Positions 1 through 10,092 are shown, numbered from the stretch's first letter. The stretch is DNA of 64,000 nt from an uncultured Alphaproteobacteria bacterium (GCA_902625895.1 CACODD010000001.1:27263-91262), one strand, 5' to 3'. Program-made: numbers and translations. Notes: generated by a model not told the origin, from the sequence alone.

Positions 1-1226
1 GATGGACAAGAATTTTTAAATACCTCTTTGTGATTGCAGTGATGACATAGTAGATAACTTTTATTTTTAGAGTGATTATGAAGTGCTAAAGATGTATTAC
101 AACTCTCGCAAACCTTCGTGTACCCACAATTTTTACATATTATGAATGGAGAATACCCTCTTTTATTAATAAAGATTAAAGTTTGATAATTACTATTAAT
201 ATTTTTTTGTATTGAATTTGAAAGTTCATTAGAAATGATGCAATTTTCTTTTTTCATATCAATTATTTTAAAAATTGGAAGTTGAACGTTATTTACTCTT
301 CTGTAAAGTTTAAAATATTCATATTTTTTTAACTTTGAATTATGTGATGATTCCAATGAAGGAGTTGCTGAACTTAAGATGACCATACAATTGGCGTTTT
401 TTGCTCTGACTATCGAAAAATCCCTGGCGTTGATTATCAATTGCTCCTCTTGCTTATATGAACTATCATGTTCTTCGTCAATCACAATTAAACCAAGTTT
501 ATTAAATGGTAAGAAGAGAGCAGACCTTGTTCCTATAATGAGTTTTTCTTCATTCAAATTTACTTTTCCCCAAATTTCTTCTCTTATATTTTTTTTAATA
601 GATGAATGATAAACAGTGGGATTAATATCAAAATCATTTTTGATATCTTCTACCCATTGAGTTGTAAGTATTATCTCTGGTACCAAAATTAAACACTGAT
701 ATCCTTTGTTAATTACTTCTCTGACTTTGTGAAAATAAACTCTGGTTTTACCTGAACCTGTAACTCCTTCTAAAAGAATTACTTTAAATTTTTTGAATGT
801 TATTTCGTTTATTTTGTGCACAACTTCCTGTTGATTTGAATTAAGTTTTATTTTTTTTTCTTTAAATTGTTTAAAGACTTTATTTTGCTCTAAATGCGTT
901 TTTGATTCTCTCATTGGAAAATTTGATAAGAACATTTTTAAAATCATTGATGATTGATTACAGCTGTATTGTGAAATGAAATCTATGCTTTTCATAATTT
1001 CATTATTAAAGGATAAAGGATGAAGTACTTTATTAATTTCTTTAAGTGGTTTTTTTAAGGATGTTGATTTTATCAAATTGATTACAACACCAACGAGCAC
1101 TCTGTTTTTAAAGTTAACCTCAACAAGAGAACCTATTACGACAGCTTTGTGCGCTTTATTAGACTTTGCTCCCGTATAATAAAAAGTTTTTTTTATTGGA
1201 AGAGGCAATAAAACTTCAAAAATCAT
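1..1226 (-). CDS. priA: Primosomal replication-restart helicase PriA (N-terminal ~408 codons; 3' end of gene lies beyond window start)
   Basis: Not in ORF track because it runs off the edge. Minus-strand translation from ATG 1226-1224 gives MIFEVLLPLPIKKTFYYTG... It carries a Walker A LLEGVTGSGKT (~790-760), a DEAH-type box VIDEEHD (~490-470) and a Cys-rich zinc region CKNCGY..CESC..CHHCNH near nt 1-140. Confidence 0.85.
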   Translation of the reverse strand, partial: MIFEVLLPLPIKKTFYYTGAKSNKAHKAVVIGSLVEVNFKNRVLVGVVINLIKSTSLKKPLKEINKVLHPLSFNNEIMKSIDFISQYSCNQSSMILKMFLSNFPMRESKTHLEQNKVFKQFKEKKIKLNSNQQEVVHKINEITFKKFKVILLEGVTGSGKTRVYFHKVREVINKGYQCLILVPEIILTTQWVEDIKNDFDINPTVYHSSIKKNIREEIWGKVNLNEEKLIIGTRSALFLPFNKLGLIVIDEEHDSSYKQEEQLIINARDFSIVRAKNANCMVILSSATPSLESSHNSKLKKYEYFKLYRRVNNVQLPIFKIIDMKKENCIISNELSNSIQKNINSNYQTLIFINKRGYSPFIICKNCGYTKVCESCNTSLALHNHSKNKSYLLCHHCNHKEVFKNSCP

Positions 1227-1294
1227 ATAAAAATTATAACAAAATTTTTTATCAATATATTGTTTAATATGTTTAATGAAATATTATTGATCTA

Positions 1295-1954
1295 ATGATT
1301 AGAAAAAAAATTAAAAATGAACAAGTCCTCGACTTTCTTGAAAAAAATCCAGATTTTTTTATTAACAATCCAAATGCATTAGAAAAAATTAATTTTCCAT
1401 TAAAAAATAATGCTGAATACGATGACAAATCAAAAGTTGTTCCTTTCAAAGATTGGATAATTAAAAATTTAAAAGATGTCCAAAAAAATATTATAGAAAA
1501 TGCCCACCACAACTTTTTAACTCAGCAAAAAATTCATGAATCAGTAATAGAAATACTCAGAATTGATAACGTCAAAGATGTATTTGTTTTTTTGAAAGAT
1601 GAGTTGCCAGGTAAATTTGATCTAGAGATAATTAATATCGTTACAAGTAATAAAATTATATCAAATAAATATAATCTTATTTCTAAAAATGAAGAAATAA
1701 TAAAAAAAGTCTATGGGAAAAAAAATCAACTAATAATGGATGCTGTCGATAATCAATTGAAAATATTTAAGGAATTTAATCAAGATATTTACTCGAATGC
1801 AATTTATTCTCTTGGTCATGAATTCTTTAAAAGTTCTGCTCTGTTAGTTTTTGGAAGTAAAGATAAACATTTTTTGAATAATAAAGCCTACGATTTTATT
1901 TTATTTTTTTCGAATATTGTGCAAGAAAAGCTAAAACAATTTTGTAATGAATAA
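1295..1954 (+). CDS. DUF484 (YigA-like) family protein
   Basis: 219-aa ORF directly upstream of xerC, overlapping it by 8 nt. The N-terminus ..VLDFLEKNPDFF.. and the pairing with xerC fit my recollection of DUF484; not verified by search. Confidence 0.6.
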   Translation: MIRKKIKNEQVLDFLEKNPDFFINNPNALEKINFPLKNNAEYDDKSKVVPFKDWIIKNLKDVQKNIIENAHHNFLTQQKIHESVIEILRIDNVKDVFVFLKDELPGKFDLEIINIVTSNKIISNKYNLISKNEEIIKKVYGKKNQLIMDAVDNQLKIFKEFNQDIYSNAIYSLGHEFFKSSALLVFGSKDKHFLNNKAYDFILFFSNIVQEKLKQFCNE

Positions 1955-2855
1955 ACAAATAAAAGTATTTTTTGATAATTGGAAATCATGGATAGAAAAT
2001 GAGAAAAGACTTGCTTTCAATACGTCCAAGTCTTATTGCATTGATTTAAAATCTTTTTTAAATTTTTTGAGTAATCACAATAATTTAAATATTGACCTAA
2101 AAATAATTATTAATGTGGATGAGGATGATCTTTCTGGCTGGTTCTATGAAAGATTAAAAAAAGGATGTAGTCATAGATCTAATGCGAGGGCTTTATCTTC
2201 ATTAAAAAGTTTTTTTACTTTTCTAATTACAAAAAAAATAATTCCAAGTTCAAAAATATTGAGAATTAAAGGACCAAGATTTTTAGAGTCTTTGCCTAGG
2301 CCTTTGACTGAAAGTCAAACATTAAAACTTTTGGATGATATAAAAACTGAGAAAGAAAAGTGGATTATGATGAGAAACCTCTCAGTGTTAGTTCTCATGT
2401 GGGGATATGGTTTGAGAATCAGTGAAGCACTTAACTTAAAATTAAAGGATACCTATACGGAGGACATAAGAATTATAGGAAAAGGCGGGAAAGTTAGAAC
2501 AATACCAATAGCAACAGAAATTCAAATGTTTATAAAAAAAATGATTAAAGAATGTCCTTATGAGTTTAAATCAGATGACTTTATTTTTTTGGGAAAAAAA
2601 GGAGGAAAATTAAAGCCAGAGATAATACAAAGACTAGTTAGAAAAATTCGATATAGGTTGGTATTACCTGAGAATACAACTCCTCATTCTTTGCGACATA
2701 CATTTGCTACAGAACTTTTACAAAATTTTGTAGATTTGCGATCGATTCAAGAACTTCTTGGTCATTCTTCATTATCTACTACTCAAAAGTACACTTCAGT
2801 AAACAAGGATTACTTGAGAGAGATCCTTGAAAAAAATCATCCAAGTACAGATTAG
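1947..2855 (+). CDS. xerC: Tyrosine site-specific recombinase XerC
   Basis: 302 aa with tyrosine recombinase motifs GLRISEAL, HSLRHTFATELL and LGHSSLSTTQKYT (catalytic Y). DUF484 upstream favours XerC over XerD. Confidence 0.85.
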   Translation: MNKQIKVFFDNWKSWIENEKRLAFNTSKSYCIDLKSFLNFLSNHNNLNIDLKIIINVDEDDLSGWFYERLKKGCSHRSNARALSSLKSFFTFLITKKIIPSSKILRIKGPRFLESLPRPLTESQTLKLLDDIKTEKEKWIMMRNLSVLVLMWGYGLRISEALNLKLKDTYTEDIRIIGKGGKVRTIPIATEIQMFIKKMIKECPYEFKSDDFIFLGKKGGKLKPEIIQRLVRKIRYRLVLPENTTPHSLRHTFATELLQNFVDLRSIQELLGHSSLSTTQKYTSVNKDYLREILEKNHPSTD

Positions 2856-2856
2856 T

Positions 2857-3381
2857 TTATGAAGTTTCGTATCTAAAGGTAAGTTTCATCTCACCGGCAA
2901 CTTTTACCATTTGTGATAAGCATTGAGGAGCGTTTTCATCTCTTATAGATATAGCAAATCTACAAATATATTGGGTTTTTTCACTGAAAGTGATTTTTTC
3001 AGTATTCATTCTTATTATCAAAGCATTATTTTCATTAAGCGTTTTGATTATTTTATTAAGAAGACCCTTCTGATCTTCGCCGGATAATACCACGCGATGG
3101 GTAATTTTCGTTGTTGGTCCACCGTCAGAAAAAGCTTCTAAAGGTTTTACTTGGAAATCGCCATTTTTAGCTGATTGAAGTTTCTCAAGCTCAGATCTTA
3201 TTTCGTTAATTTCTATTTTTTCTGATTTGTGGTAAACCATTGTCAACTCACATACCCTTCCAAGTGTAGCAAATGTTACACCAGAAAACTCTCCGCCTTT
3301 ATCTGTGAGGTAAGAAGTTATTTCTGAAATTAGGTTGGGTTTGTTTTCACCAAGAAAAGAAATTATTGCACTTGAACTCAT
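2857..3381 (-). CDS. Tandem ACT-domain protein, GcvR-like (glycine cleavage system regulatory protein family)
   Basis: 174 aa with two ACT-like halves (AIISFLGENKPNLISEITSYL.. and HRVVLSGEDQKGLLNKIIKTL..), architecture like E. coli GcvR. It is the last gene of the mdh-sucCD train, 2 nt after sucD. Confidence 0.6.
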   Translation of the reverse strand: MSSSAIISFLGENKPNLISEITSYLTDKGGEFSGVTFATLGRVCELTMVYHKSEKIEINEIRSELEKLQSAKNGDFQVKPLEAFSDGGPTTKITHRVVLSGEDQKGLLNKIIKTLNENNALIIRMNTEKITFSEKTQYICRFAISIRDENAPQCLSQMVKVAGEMKLTFRYETS

Positions 3382-3383
3382 TT

Positions 3384-4259
3384 TTAAATTTTCATAGCCT
3401 TTCTCATAGCATCTCCAATAGTTGTAATGGTATCAGCAACAGTAACGCCTGCAGATTTTAAAGCTTCTTTTTTTGCATCTGCGGTTTCTGCGCCACTATT
3501 AACAATTGCTCCAGCATGACCTAACTTTCTTCCTTTTGGAGCAGCCGCACCAGCAACAAATGCTGCAACTGGTTTTTTTGTTTTTCCACTCCACGATTTT
3601 ATAAATTCTGCCCCATCGATTTCAGCAGTTCCACCTATTTCTCCGATTAAAACAATTCCGTCTGTTTCGTCGTCATCTAAAAACAACTCTAAAGCATCAA
3701 CAAAATTTGTACCATTAACTGGGTCTCCACCTATACCAATTATTGTTGATTGTCCTAATTCTGCTGTTTGAACAGCTGATTCATATGACAATGTTCCAGA
3801 TCTAGAAACTACGCCAATTCTTCCAGGTTTACAAATATGCCCTGGAATAATTCCAATTTTTCCAATTCCAGGAGTTAGAACACCTGGACAATTTGGACCG
3901 ACTAACCTTGTCTTACACCCTTTCATCTCTCTTTTTACTCTTTGCATATCGCTTGTAGGAATTCCGTCTGTAATACAAACAACCAAATCAAGTTCTGCTT
4001 CAACTGCTTCAAGTATTGCGTCAGCTGCAAAAGGAGGAGGGACAAAAACACCACTTGCATTACATCCAGTTTTTTTTTTGGCTTCTGCGACTGTATTGAA
4101 TACAGGAACATTAAGGTGTTTGGTGCCACCTTTTTCAGGTGTAACGCCACCAACAATGTTTGTGTTATAATCTATTGCTCTTTCAGAATGAAATGTTCCC
4201 TGAGCTCCTGTAAATCCCTGACAGATAACTTTAGATTCTTTTGTTAGTAAAACAGCCAT
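3384..4259 (-). CDS. sucD: Succinyl-CoA synthetase alpha subunit
   Basis: 291 aa; motifs [23 protein letters not shown] and the phospho-His loop GHAGAIV. Shares 1 nt with the sucC stop. Confidence 0.96.
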   Translation of the reverse strand: MAVLLTKESKVICQGFTGAQGTFHSERAIDYNTNIVGGVTPEKGGTKHLNVPVFNTVAEAKKKTGCNASGVFVPPPFAADAILEAVEAELDLVVCITDGIPTSDMQRVKREMKGCKTRLVGPNCPGVLTPGIGKIGIIPGHICKPGRIGVVSRSGTLSYESAVQTAELGQSTIIGIGGDPVNGTNFVDALELFLDDDETDGIVLIGEIGGTAEIDGAEFIKSWSGKTKKPVAAFVAGAAAPKGRKLGHAGAIVNSGAETADAKKEALKSAGVTVADTITTIGDAMRKAMKI

Positions 4260-5428
4260 TATCTATTTTCCTTAACCATTTTTACAACATCTTGTGCAGC
4301 TTGTTCCATAGTATCAACAGGTTTAATTGGAAATCCAGAATTTATTAGTATTTCTTTACCCATATCTACGTTTGTTCCCTCAAGCCGTACTACTAGCGGT
4401 TTATTAAGTCCAACTTCTTTTGAAGCATTTACGAGCCCAGTTGCTATGTCGTTACACCTCATCATTCCACCAAAAATATTGATTAAAATACCCTGAACAT
4501 CTGGGTCTTTATAAATAAGTTTAAAGGCAGCTGCAACTCTTTCAGGTGTCGCAGCACCTGCAACATCCATAAAGTTTGCAGCTTCTCCTCCATAATATTT
4601 GATAATATCCATCGTAGCCATTGACAACCCCGCTCCATTAACCATTAATCCTATATTTCCATCCAATTTTACATAATTTAAATCATGACGTGCAGCTTCT
4701 AACTCCAAAGGGTCATACTCATTTTCATCTTTCATTTCTGCTACAACTCTTTGTCTATAAAGTGCGTTATCATCGAAGGAAGCTTTACAATCTAGAATTA
4801 CTACATCTTCATTTTTTGTGATAGCGAAAGGATTTATTTCAATCATAGCAGCATCCAGTGATACGAATGCTTTGTAAACTGAGAGTATATTTTTTTGAGC
4901 TTTTTTAGCGACTGCTCCTTTAAGACCGAGATTATAAACTATCGTTCTTGCATGATGGGTAAGCAAATCAGAACCTGGAGCAATTTTCATATTATGAATT
5001 TCATTAGGAGTTTTTTCTGATACCTCTTCAATATTTACTCCACCTTTTCTGGAATAAATAATAGTGTTTCCTCCTGTTTCTCTATCTACAGTGATACATA
5101 GATAAAGTTCTTTTTGGACGTCATACCCTTTTTCTAAATAAACTCTTCTTACTGTTTTACCTGATTCTGAGGTTTGAGGTGTAATAATTTTCATTCCAAT
5201 CATTTTGTCAACTGTTTTTACAACTTGTTCGTCTCCAGAACATACTTTAATGCCACCAGCTTTTCCTCTGCCTCCAGCATGAACCTGAGCTTTTACAACA
5301 ATTTTATCTTCGTTAAGCCATGATACTATATTTTCCGCTTCGTGCGTTTGATACACTACCTCTCCTGGAGGTATATTTACTCCAAATTTAGAAAGCAGTT
5401 GTTTTGCTTGATATTCGTGAATGTCCAT
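4259..5428 (-). CDS. sucC: Succinyl-CoA synthetase beta subunit
   Basis: 389 aa; [12 protein letters not shown].. ATP-grasp N-terminus and C-terminal ligase-CoA domain ([10 protein letters not shown]-like). Confidence 0.96.
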   Translation of the reverse strand: MDIHEYQAKQLLSKFGVNIPPGEVVYQTHEAENIVSWLNEDKIVVKAQVHAGGRGKAGGIKVCSGDEQVVKTVDKMIGMKIITPQTSESGKTVRRVYLEKGYDVQKELYLCITVDRETGGNTIIYSRKGGVNIEEVSEKTPNEIHNMKIAPGSDLLTHHARTIVYNLGLKGAVAKKAQKNILSVYKAFVSLDAAMIEINPFAITKNEDVVILDCKASFDDNALYRQRVVAEMKDENEYDPLELEAARHDLNYVKLDGNIGLMVNGAGLSMATMDIIKYYGGEAANFMDVAGAATPERVAAAFKLIYKDPDVQGILINIFGGMMRCNDIATGLVNASKEVGLNKPLVVRLEGTNVDMGKEILINSGFPIKPVDTMEQAAQDVVKMVKENR

Positions 5429-5509
5429 TTTTTAATTTCCAAAAAAGTTAAAAAATTCAATACATTTGAATTCATTACTTAAGCGGCGAGCATATATGAA
5501 TTTGATAAA

Positions 5510-6457
5510 TTACACCAGTAATTTTTTACATTTTTTAACTAATTGCTCAACTGCTTCAACTGATTTTTGAAATTCTTTTTTTGATTGATCTGATAAATCC
5601 AGCTCAATGATTTTTTCAATACCTTTTTCACCTATTATAACTGGCACACCAACAAATAGTCCTTTAACTCCATATTCCCCATTCAAAAAAGCAGAACAAG
5701 GTAATATTTTTTTTTGATCGTAAAGATAAGATTCAAGCATTTCCAGAGCACTACATGCAGGTGAATAGAAAGCTGAACTATTTTTCATTAATGATACAAC
5801 CTCCCCCCCTCCATTTCGTGTTCTATTAACAATTTGTTCTAATTTTTCTTTTTTTGTATTACTCTTTTCAATAAATTTTTTTATTGGAATGCCTGCGATA
5901 GAAGTTAAATCTAAAAGAGGTACCATTGTATCTCCGTGTCCTCCAAGAACCATTGTTTGAATATTTTCTACAGAAATATTTAACTCTTGTGATAAGAAAA
6001 ATCTAAATCTGGCTGAGTCTAAAATTCCGGCCATCCCTGTGATCATGTTTGGTTTTATTCCTGCAATCTCCCTTAAACTCCATACCATCGCATCTAAAGG
6101 ATTTGTTACACAAATAACAAATGATGACGGAGAAAATTTCTTAATAGCTTTTCCAATTTCATTCATGATAGAAAAATTTGTTTCTATTAAATCATCTCGG
6201 CTCATACCTGGTTTTCTTGCAATCCCAGCTGTTATAATGATCGCTGCACTATCTTTAATTGCTGAAATGTCGGTTGTTCCCTCGATTTTTATGTTTAGAT
6301 TCTCAATTGGAAGGCTCTGGGAGAGGTCGAGACACTTTCCTTTTGCAAGTCCTTCTACCACATCAACCATTGTTATAGGACCAATTTGTTTACGACTTAA
6401 GTTGTAGGCTAATATTGTCCCAATATTTCCAGCGCCGATTAGACTGATTTTGTTCAA
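5510..6457 (-). CDS. mdh: Malate dehydrogenase (LDH-like type)
   Basis: 315 aa; Rossmann motif GAGNIGT, LDSARFR and GGHGDTMVP. Confidence 0.95.
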   Translation of the reverse strand: MNKISLIGAGNIGTILAYNLSRKQIGPITMVDVVEGLAKGKCLDLSQSLPIENLNIKIEGTTDISAIKDSAAIIITAGIARKPGMSRDDLIETNFSIMNEIGKAIKKFSPSSFVICVTNPLDAMVWSLREIAGIKPNMITGMAGILDSARFRFFLSQELNISVENIQTMVLGGHGDTMVPLLDLTSIAGIPIKKFIEKSNTKKEKLEQIVNRTRNGGGEVVSLMKNSSAFYSPACSALEMLESYLYDQKKILPCSAFLNGEYGVKGLFVGVPVIIGEKGIEKIIELDLSDQSKKEFQKSVEAVEQLVKKCKKLLV

Positions 6458-6478
6458 AATGCCACCTTTGATAAGATT

Positions 6479-7327
6479 TTATATTATGTCCAAACCAATA
6501 TCCACTGAATTAGCAGAATTGGTTATTTTTCCTGTAGAAATATAATCTGCACCTAAATTTGAAAATTTTGAAATATTATTAATAGAAATTCCACCAGTAA
6601 TTTCAAATTTAATATTCTTGTTATTTCTTAGTTTTATACAGTTTTGTATCTCTTTAGGCCTCATATTATCGAGAAGAATATATTTGGCTCCCATACCAAT
6701 TGATTTTTTAACTTCATCGATATTTTCGCATTCAATTTGAAATTTTTGTTTTTTTTCATTTAATTTTGATAGTGCAGTTTCAATTTTTCCTAATGCCTTG
6801 ATATGATTATCTTTTACAAGAATCTGATCAAACAATCCCATCCTATGATTAATGGCACCTCCAATAACTGTTGCATATTTTTCGAATACTCTTAATCCAG
6901 GAGTTGTTTTCCTCGTATTTTTTAATTTGGTGTCAGTTGAATTCATCGCCAAAATAAATTTATGTGTAAGTGTTGAAATGCTAGAGAGGTGTTGTAAAAA
7001 ATTTAAAACTGTTCGTTCGGTTGCTAAAATCACTTTTGAGTTACCCGATAAACTGAAGATTTTAGAATTTTTTTTTAATTTTGCTCCATCTTTATAAAAA
7101 GATTGAATTTTAATTCTGGGGAATTTCTTTTTAAAGAAGTATCTAACGAATTCTGCTCCACATAAAATAATATTTTCTCTGTTCGATATTTCGCATTTAA
7201 ATTCAGAACTATTATCTAGAAGATAATTTGAAGTAATGTCATTTTTTATACTTTTTCCATTAAGATCATTTTTTAGTTCATTGCAAAGTTTTTCGAAAGA
7301 TTCTTTGAGGAGTTTTTTATTAGGCAC
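6479..7327 (-). CDS. nadC: Nicotinate-nucleotide pyrophosphorylase (quinolinate phosphoribosyltransferase)
   Basis: 282 aa with a TIM-barrel QPRTase pattern (..TRKTTPGLR.., ..KDNHI.., ..LLDNM..). Adjacent to nadA. Confidence 0.85.
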   Translation of the reverse strand: MPNKKLLKESFEKLCNELKNDLNGKSIKNDITSNYLLDNSSEFKCEISNRENIILCGAEFVRYFFKKKFPRIKIQSFYKDGAKLKKNSKIFSLSGNSKVILATERTVLNFLQHLSSISTLTHKFILAMNSTDTKLKNTRKTTPGLRVFEKYATVIGGAINHRMGLFDQILVKDNHIKALGKIETALSKLNEKKQKFQIECENIDEVKKSIGMGAKYILLDNMRPKEIQNCIKLRNNKNIKFEITGGISINNISKFSNLGADYISTGKITNSANSVDIGLDII

Positions 7328-7334
7328 AATATTT

Positions 7335-8279
7335 TTAGCTTAATTTTAACATTGTGTTTAAAGGTTTTTTTGCCTTCAAAATTAATTCGTTATCAATATT
7401 AATCTCCGGAGATAAGTTTAGTAAACAATCTCTAAGTTTTTCTAAAGTATTAAGTTCCATGAAGGGGCAATTCGAACAGGAGCATTTTCCATCACTGCCT
7501 GGAGCTATTAAGAATTCTTTTTTAGGCTCATTTTTTTTCATCTGATGGATAATATGAGGTTCTGTAGCAACTATAAATCTTTTATTTTCGTTCGTTGAAA
7601 TAAATCTGAGTAGGGAAGAGGTTGAACCTATAAAATCAGCATGATTAAGAATATTTTCAGGACATTCTGGATGGGCAATAATTTTTGCATCATCTGCTCT
7701 TACTTTCATTTTGATTAACTCTCTTTCAGAAAACGTTTCGTGAACTATACAAGTGCCGTTCCAGAGCACCATATCTCTTCCTGTAATCTTGTTGAGGTAT
7801 CCTCCAAGATGTTTGTCTGGAGCAAAAATAATCTTTTGTTTAGCAGGTATGCTCTCTATAATTTTTTCAGCATTAGATGATGTTACAATTATATCTGATT
7901 CAGCTTTTATTTCTGCAGAGCAGTTTATATATGATAATACAATGTGATTTGGATACTTTTTTTTGAATTCTCGGAATTCATTCACTTGACAGGATTCTTC
8001 TAAAGAACAACCTGCATTTATATCTGGAAGAATAACTTTCTTATGAGGACTTAATATCTTAGCTACTTCAGCCATAAATCTAACTCCACAAAAAACGATT
8101 ACATCAGAATCATTTTTTTGAGCTTTTTTGGATAGATCAAGAGAGTCACCAATAAAATCAGCTATATCTTGTATATCTTCATCTTGATAAAAATGAGAAA
8201 GAATAATGGCATTATTTTTCTTTTTTAAGAAATTTATTTCATCTTCAATATCTTTAAAATTTTGTTGTAAAGATTTCAT
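7335..8279 (-). CDS. nadA: Quinolinate synthase A
   Basis: 314 aa; NadA-like triplicated fold with conserved Cys residues and an HPECP motif. Followed by nadC. Confidence 0.9.
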   Translation of the reverse strand: MKSLQQNFKDIEDEINFLKKKNNAIILSHFYQDEDIQDIADFIGDSLDLSKKAQKNDSDVIVFCGVRFMAEVAKILSPHKKVILPDINAGCSLEESCQVNEFREFKKKYPNHIVLSYINCSAEIKAESDIIVTSSNAEKIIESIPAKQKIIFAPDKHLGGYLNKITGRDMVLWNGTCIVHETFSERELIKMKVRADDAKIIAHPECPENILNHADFIGSTSSLLRFISTNENKRFIVATEPHIIHQMKKNEPKKEFLIAPGSDGKCSCSNCPFMELNTLEKLRDCLLNLSPEINIDNELILKAKKPLNTMLKLS

Positions 8280-8287
8280 TAATTTTA

Positions 8288-9421
8288 CTAATTTGTCTTT
8301 AAATTTTTATTAATATATTTATTGGTTCCCATTTCTTTTAGCCTAGATATAGTTCTTTTAAATTCAGAGGAATTTGTATTTCCTATATATAATTCATCTA
8401 ACCCTACATTGGAAGAGATGGAAAGTATATTTTTATTCTCATACAAAACGTCAATAAAAGAAATAAACCTTGCTAAAATATTTTTTTTACTTTCATCTAT
8501 TTGTTTGATATTTCTAAGTACAAAGATTTTTATTTTTTTTGCAATTAAATCATAATCTTGAAACATTAGATTTTTTTCAAAAAAATCATCAAATTCTAAA
8601 TCTATCAGATTTCCATAAACTTTTGTTAATTTAAATGAATTTCCTTTTCGCTTAAATTCAAGCTGTTTGGATGACCTTTCACTTGAAAATTCACTAACAA
8701 TGTAATTTTGTTTTATAATTCTATTTTTTTTTTTTATTAAAAAAAAATCGTGATCTATGGCTTTTCCGGTTCTGTAGTCATTTCTTGATTTTACTTTGAA
8801 AATTAAAAAAAAAGCTTTTAATTCATTTTTTATTTTTTCACATAATTGAGGATTAACAAGATCATTGTAGACGGTTTCAAGACTTTTATTTCCATTCATA
8901 ATAATTTTAGTATTATTAAATTTAATTTCTTCTACAAATTTTCTGAATAAAATAAAACTAGTAAGATTATTTATAAAGAACTCGTCGATTAATATTAGCC
9001 TTTTTCTTTTGATATTTTTGAGGTAACTTAAGTTTTTCTCGCTTCTCGACTGAAGTTTAAAAATGAGATCATTGAAGTGTAATATCTCTGATTGAGGATA
9101 TATTTTTTTTAAAGCTTTAATAATTACCGATTTTCCTACCCCTACCGAGCCATGTATATATAAACCGTTTTTTGAGTTTTTTTTTAATGCAAGAAGTCTA
9201 GGTTTTGAAAAGTCAGAGATAAACTCTTGAATTTTTGAGACAACAGCTAGCTGACAAGAATTCGGATGTATTTTAATTACGTTTGTTAAATGTGATATAA
9301 GTTTAGAACTTAGATTTTTCAAAATTATGACGAAATTTGAAGCTTTTTTATTTCTGAGATAGCTTTTGCAGGATTGAGATTTTTGGGACAAGTTTTTGTG
9401 CAATTCATAATTGTATGACAT
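8288..9421 (-). CDS. zapE: AFG1/ZapE-family ATPase
   Basis: 377-aa ORF; Walker A GSVGVGKS, Walker B LILIDEF, downstream ..DYR.. motif typical of AFG1. The ATG at 9421 overlaps the sdhB 3' end by 97 nt. An in-frame TTG at 9322 lies 2 nt after the sdhB stop and is an alternative start. Confidence 0.75.
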   Translation of the reverse strand: MSYNYELHKNLSQKSQSCKSYLRNKKASNFVIILKNLSSKLISHLTNVIKIHPNSCQLAVVSKIQEFISDFSKPRLLALKKNSKNGLYIHGSVGVGKSVIIKALKKIYPQSEILHFNDLIFKLQSRSEKNLSYLKNIKRKRLILIDEFFINNLTSFILFRKFVEEIKFNNTKIIMNGNKSLETVYNDLVNPQLCEKIKNELKAFFLIFKVKSRNDYRTGKAIDHDFFLIKKKNRIIKQNYIVSEFSSERSSKQLEFKRKGNSFKLTKVYGNLIDLEFDDFFEKNLMFQDYDLIAKKIKIFVLRNIKQIDESKKNILARFISFIDVLYENKNILSISSNVGLDELYIGNTNSSEFKRTISRLKEMGTNKYINKNLKTN

Positions 9422-10083
9422 CTATAAAGTTTAAATTTATCTTTAAGTTCATTAAGTCTTTGTTTTTTATTTTTGTCTCTACTATCTACAATAAATCTGT
9501 AAGCTTGAAGTAATATTGCTGGACCAAGAAACTTATCTCCATTCCACCAGTAGCTTGGACAAGATGTTGAGCAACAAGCGCAAAGTACGCATTCATATAA
9601 TCCATCCAGTTTTTTTCGATCTTCGGGAGATTGCAAATTTTCTTTTTTTGAAGTTGTTTTGTTTTTAAGCCATGGTTGTATAGACTCGTATTGTTTATAA
9701 AAATCACTCATGTCTGGGATTAAGTCTTTTAGTACTCTCATATGTGGGAGAGGATAAATATTAATTTCTTTACCCACAATTGGTTTCAAACAGGCTAGGG
9801 TATTTGTGCCATTCACATTCATTGAGCATGATCCGCATATACCCTCCCTGCATGATCTCCTAAATGTAAGTGATGGATCTATCTTGTTTTTTATAAACAT
9901 AAGAGCGTCTAAAACCATTGGTCCTAGTTTTGACTTATCTATAAAAAATTTATCTATTTTTGGGTTTTCGCCAGATTCTCTGTTCCACCTATAAACATTG
10001 AACACGATTTTATTTTTTCCGTCTTTTCCGAAAGTTTTTCCTTCTGAAACCTTGGAGTGTTGGGGTAATGATAATTGAACCAT
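9325..10083 (-). CDS. sdhB: Succinate dehydrogenase iron-sulfur subunit
   Basis: 252 aa with three Fe-S cysteine clusters: [32 protein letters not shown] and [17 protein letters not shown]. Confidence 0.96.
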   Translation of the reverse strand: MVQLSLPQHSKVSEGKTFGKDGKNKIVFNVYRWNRESGENPKIDKFFIDKSKLGPMVLDALMFIKNKIDPSLTFRRSCREGICGSCSMNVNGTNTLACLKPIVGKEINIYPLPHMRVLKDLIPDMSDFYKQYESIQPWLKNKTTSKKENLQSPEDRKKLDGLYECVLCACCSTSCPSYWWNGDKFLGPAILLQAYRFIVDSRDKNKKQRLNELKDKFKLYRCHTIMNCTKTCPKNLNPAKAISEIKKLQISS

Positions 10084-10092
10084 AACTATAAA

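Noticed and set aside
379-609. 76-aa plus-strand ORF from the track
   Set aside because: It lies entirely antisense to the well-supported priA coding region (DEEH box at ~470-490). The sequence is low-complexity with no recognisable motifs, so it is a spurious shadow ORF.
1295-2855. xerC as an integrase marking a genomic island or mobile element boundary
   Set aside because: It is paired with DUF484 as in chromosomal dimer-resolution loci and flanked by core genes (priA, sucD). There are no direct repeats, tRNA target or cargo genes.
3935-4247. Two ORFs (73 aa minus strand, 101 aa plus strand) inside sucD
   Set aside because: They overlap the highly conserved sucD frame. The Cys/Phe-rich nonsense-like translations are typical of off-frame reading of a conserved gene.
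6039-6407. 122-aa plus-strand ORF antisense to mdh
   Set aside because: Shadow ORF on the opposite strand of a strongly supported gene, with no motifs. The same judgement applies to 6852-7097, 7354-7545, 7753-7947, 8322-8555 and 9806-9994.
8724-8747. Long homopolymer tracts inside coding sequence as possible phase-variation switches: T12 and A9 here; A11-A13 runs near 25711, 27306, 61431 and 63650
   Set aside because: They encode Lys/Phe runs, as expected from the extreme AT bias and K-rich proteins. They occur in essential genes (ileS, thrC) where on/off switching is implausible, and there is no evidence of frameshifted copies.
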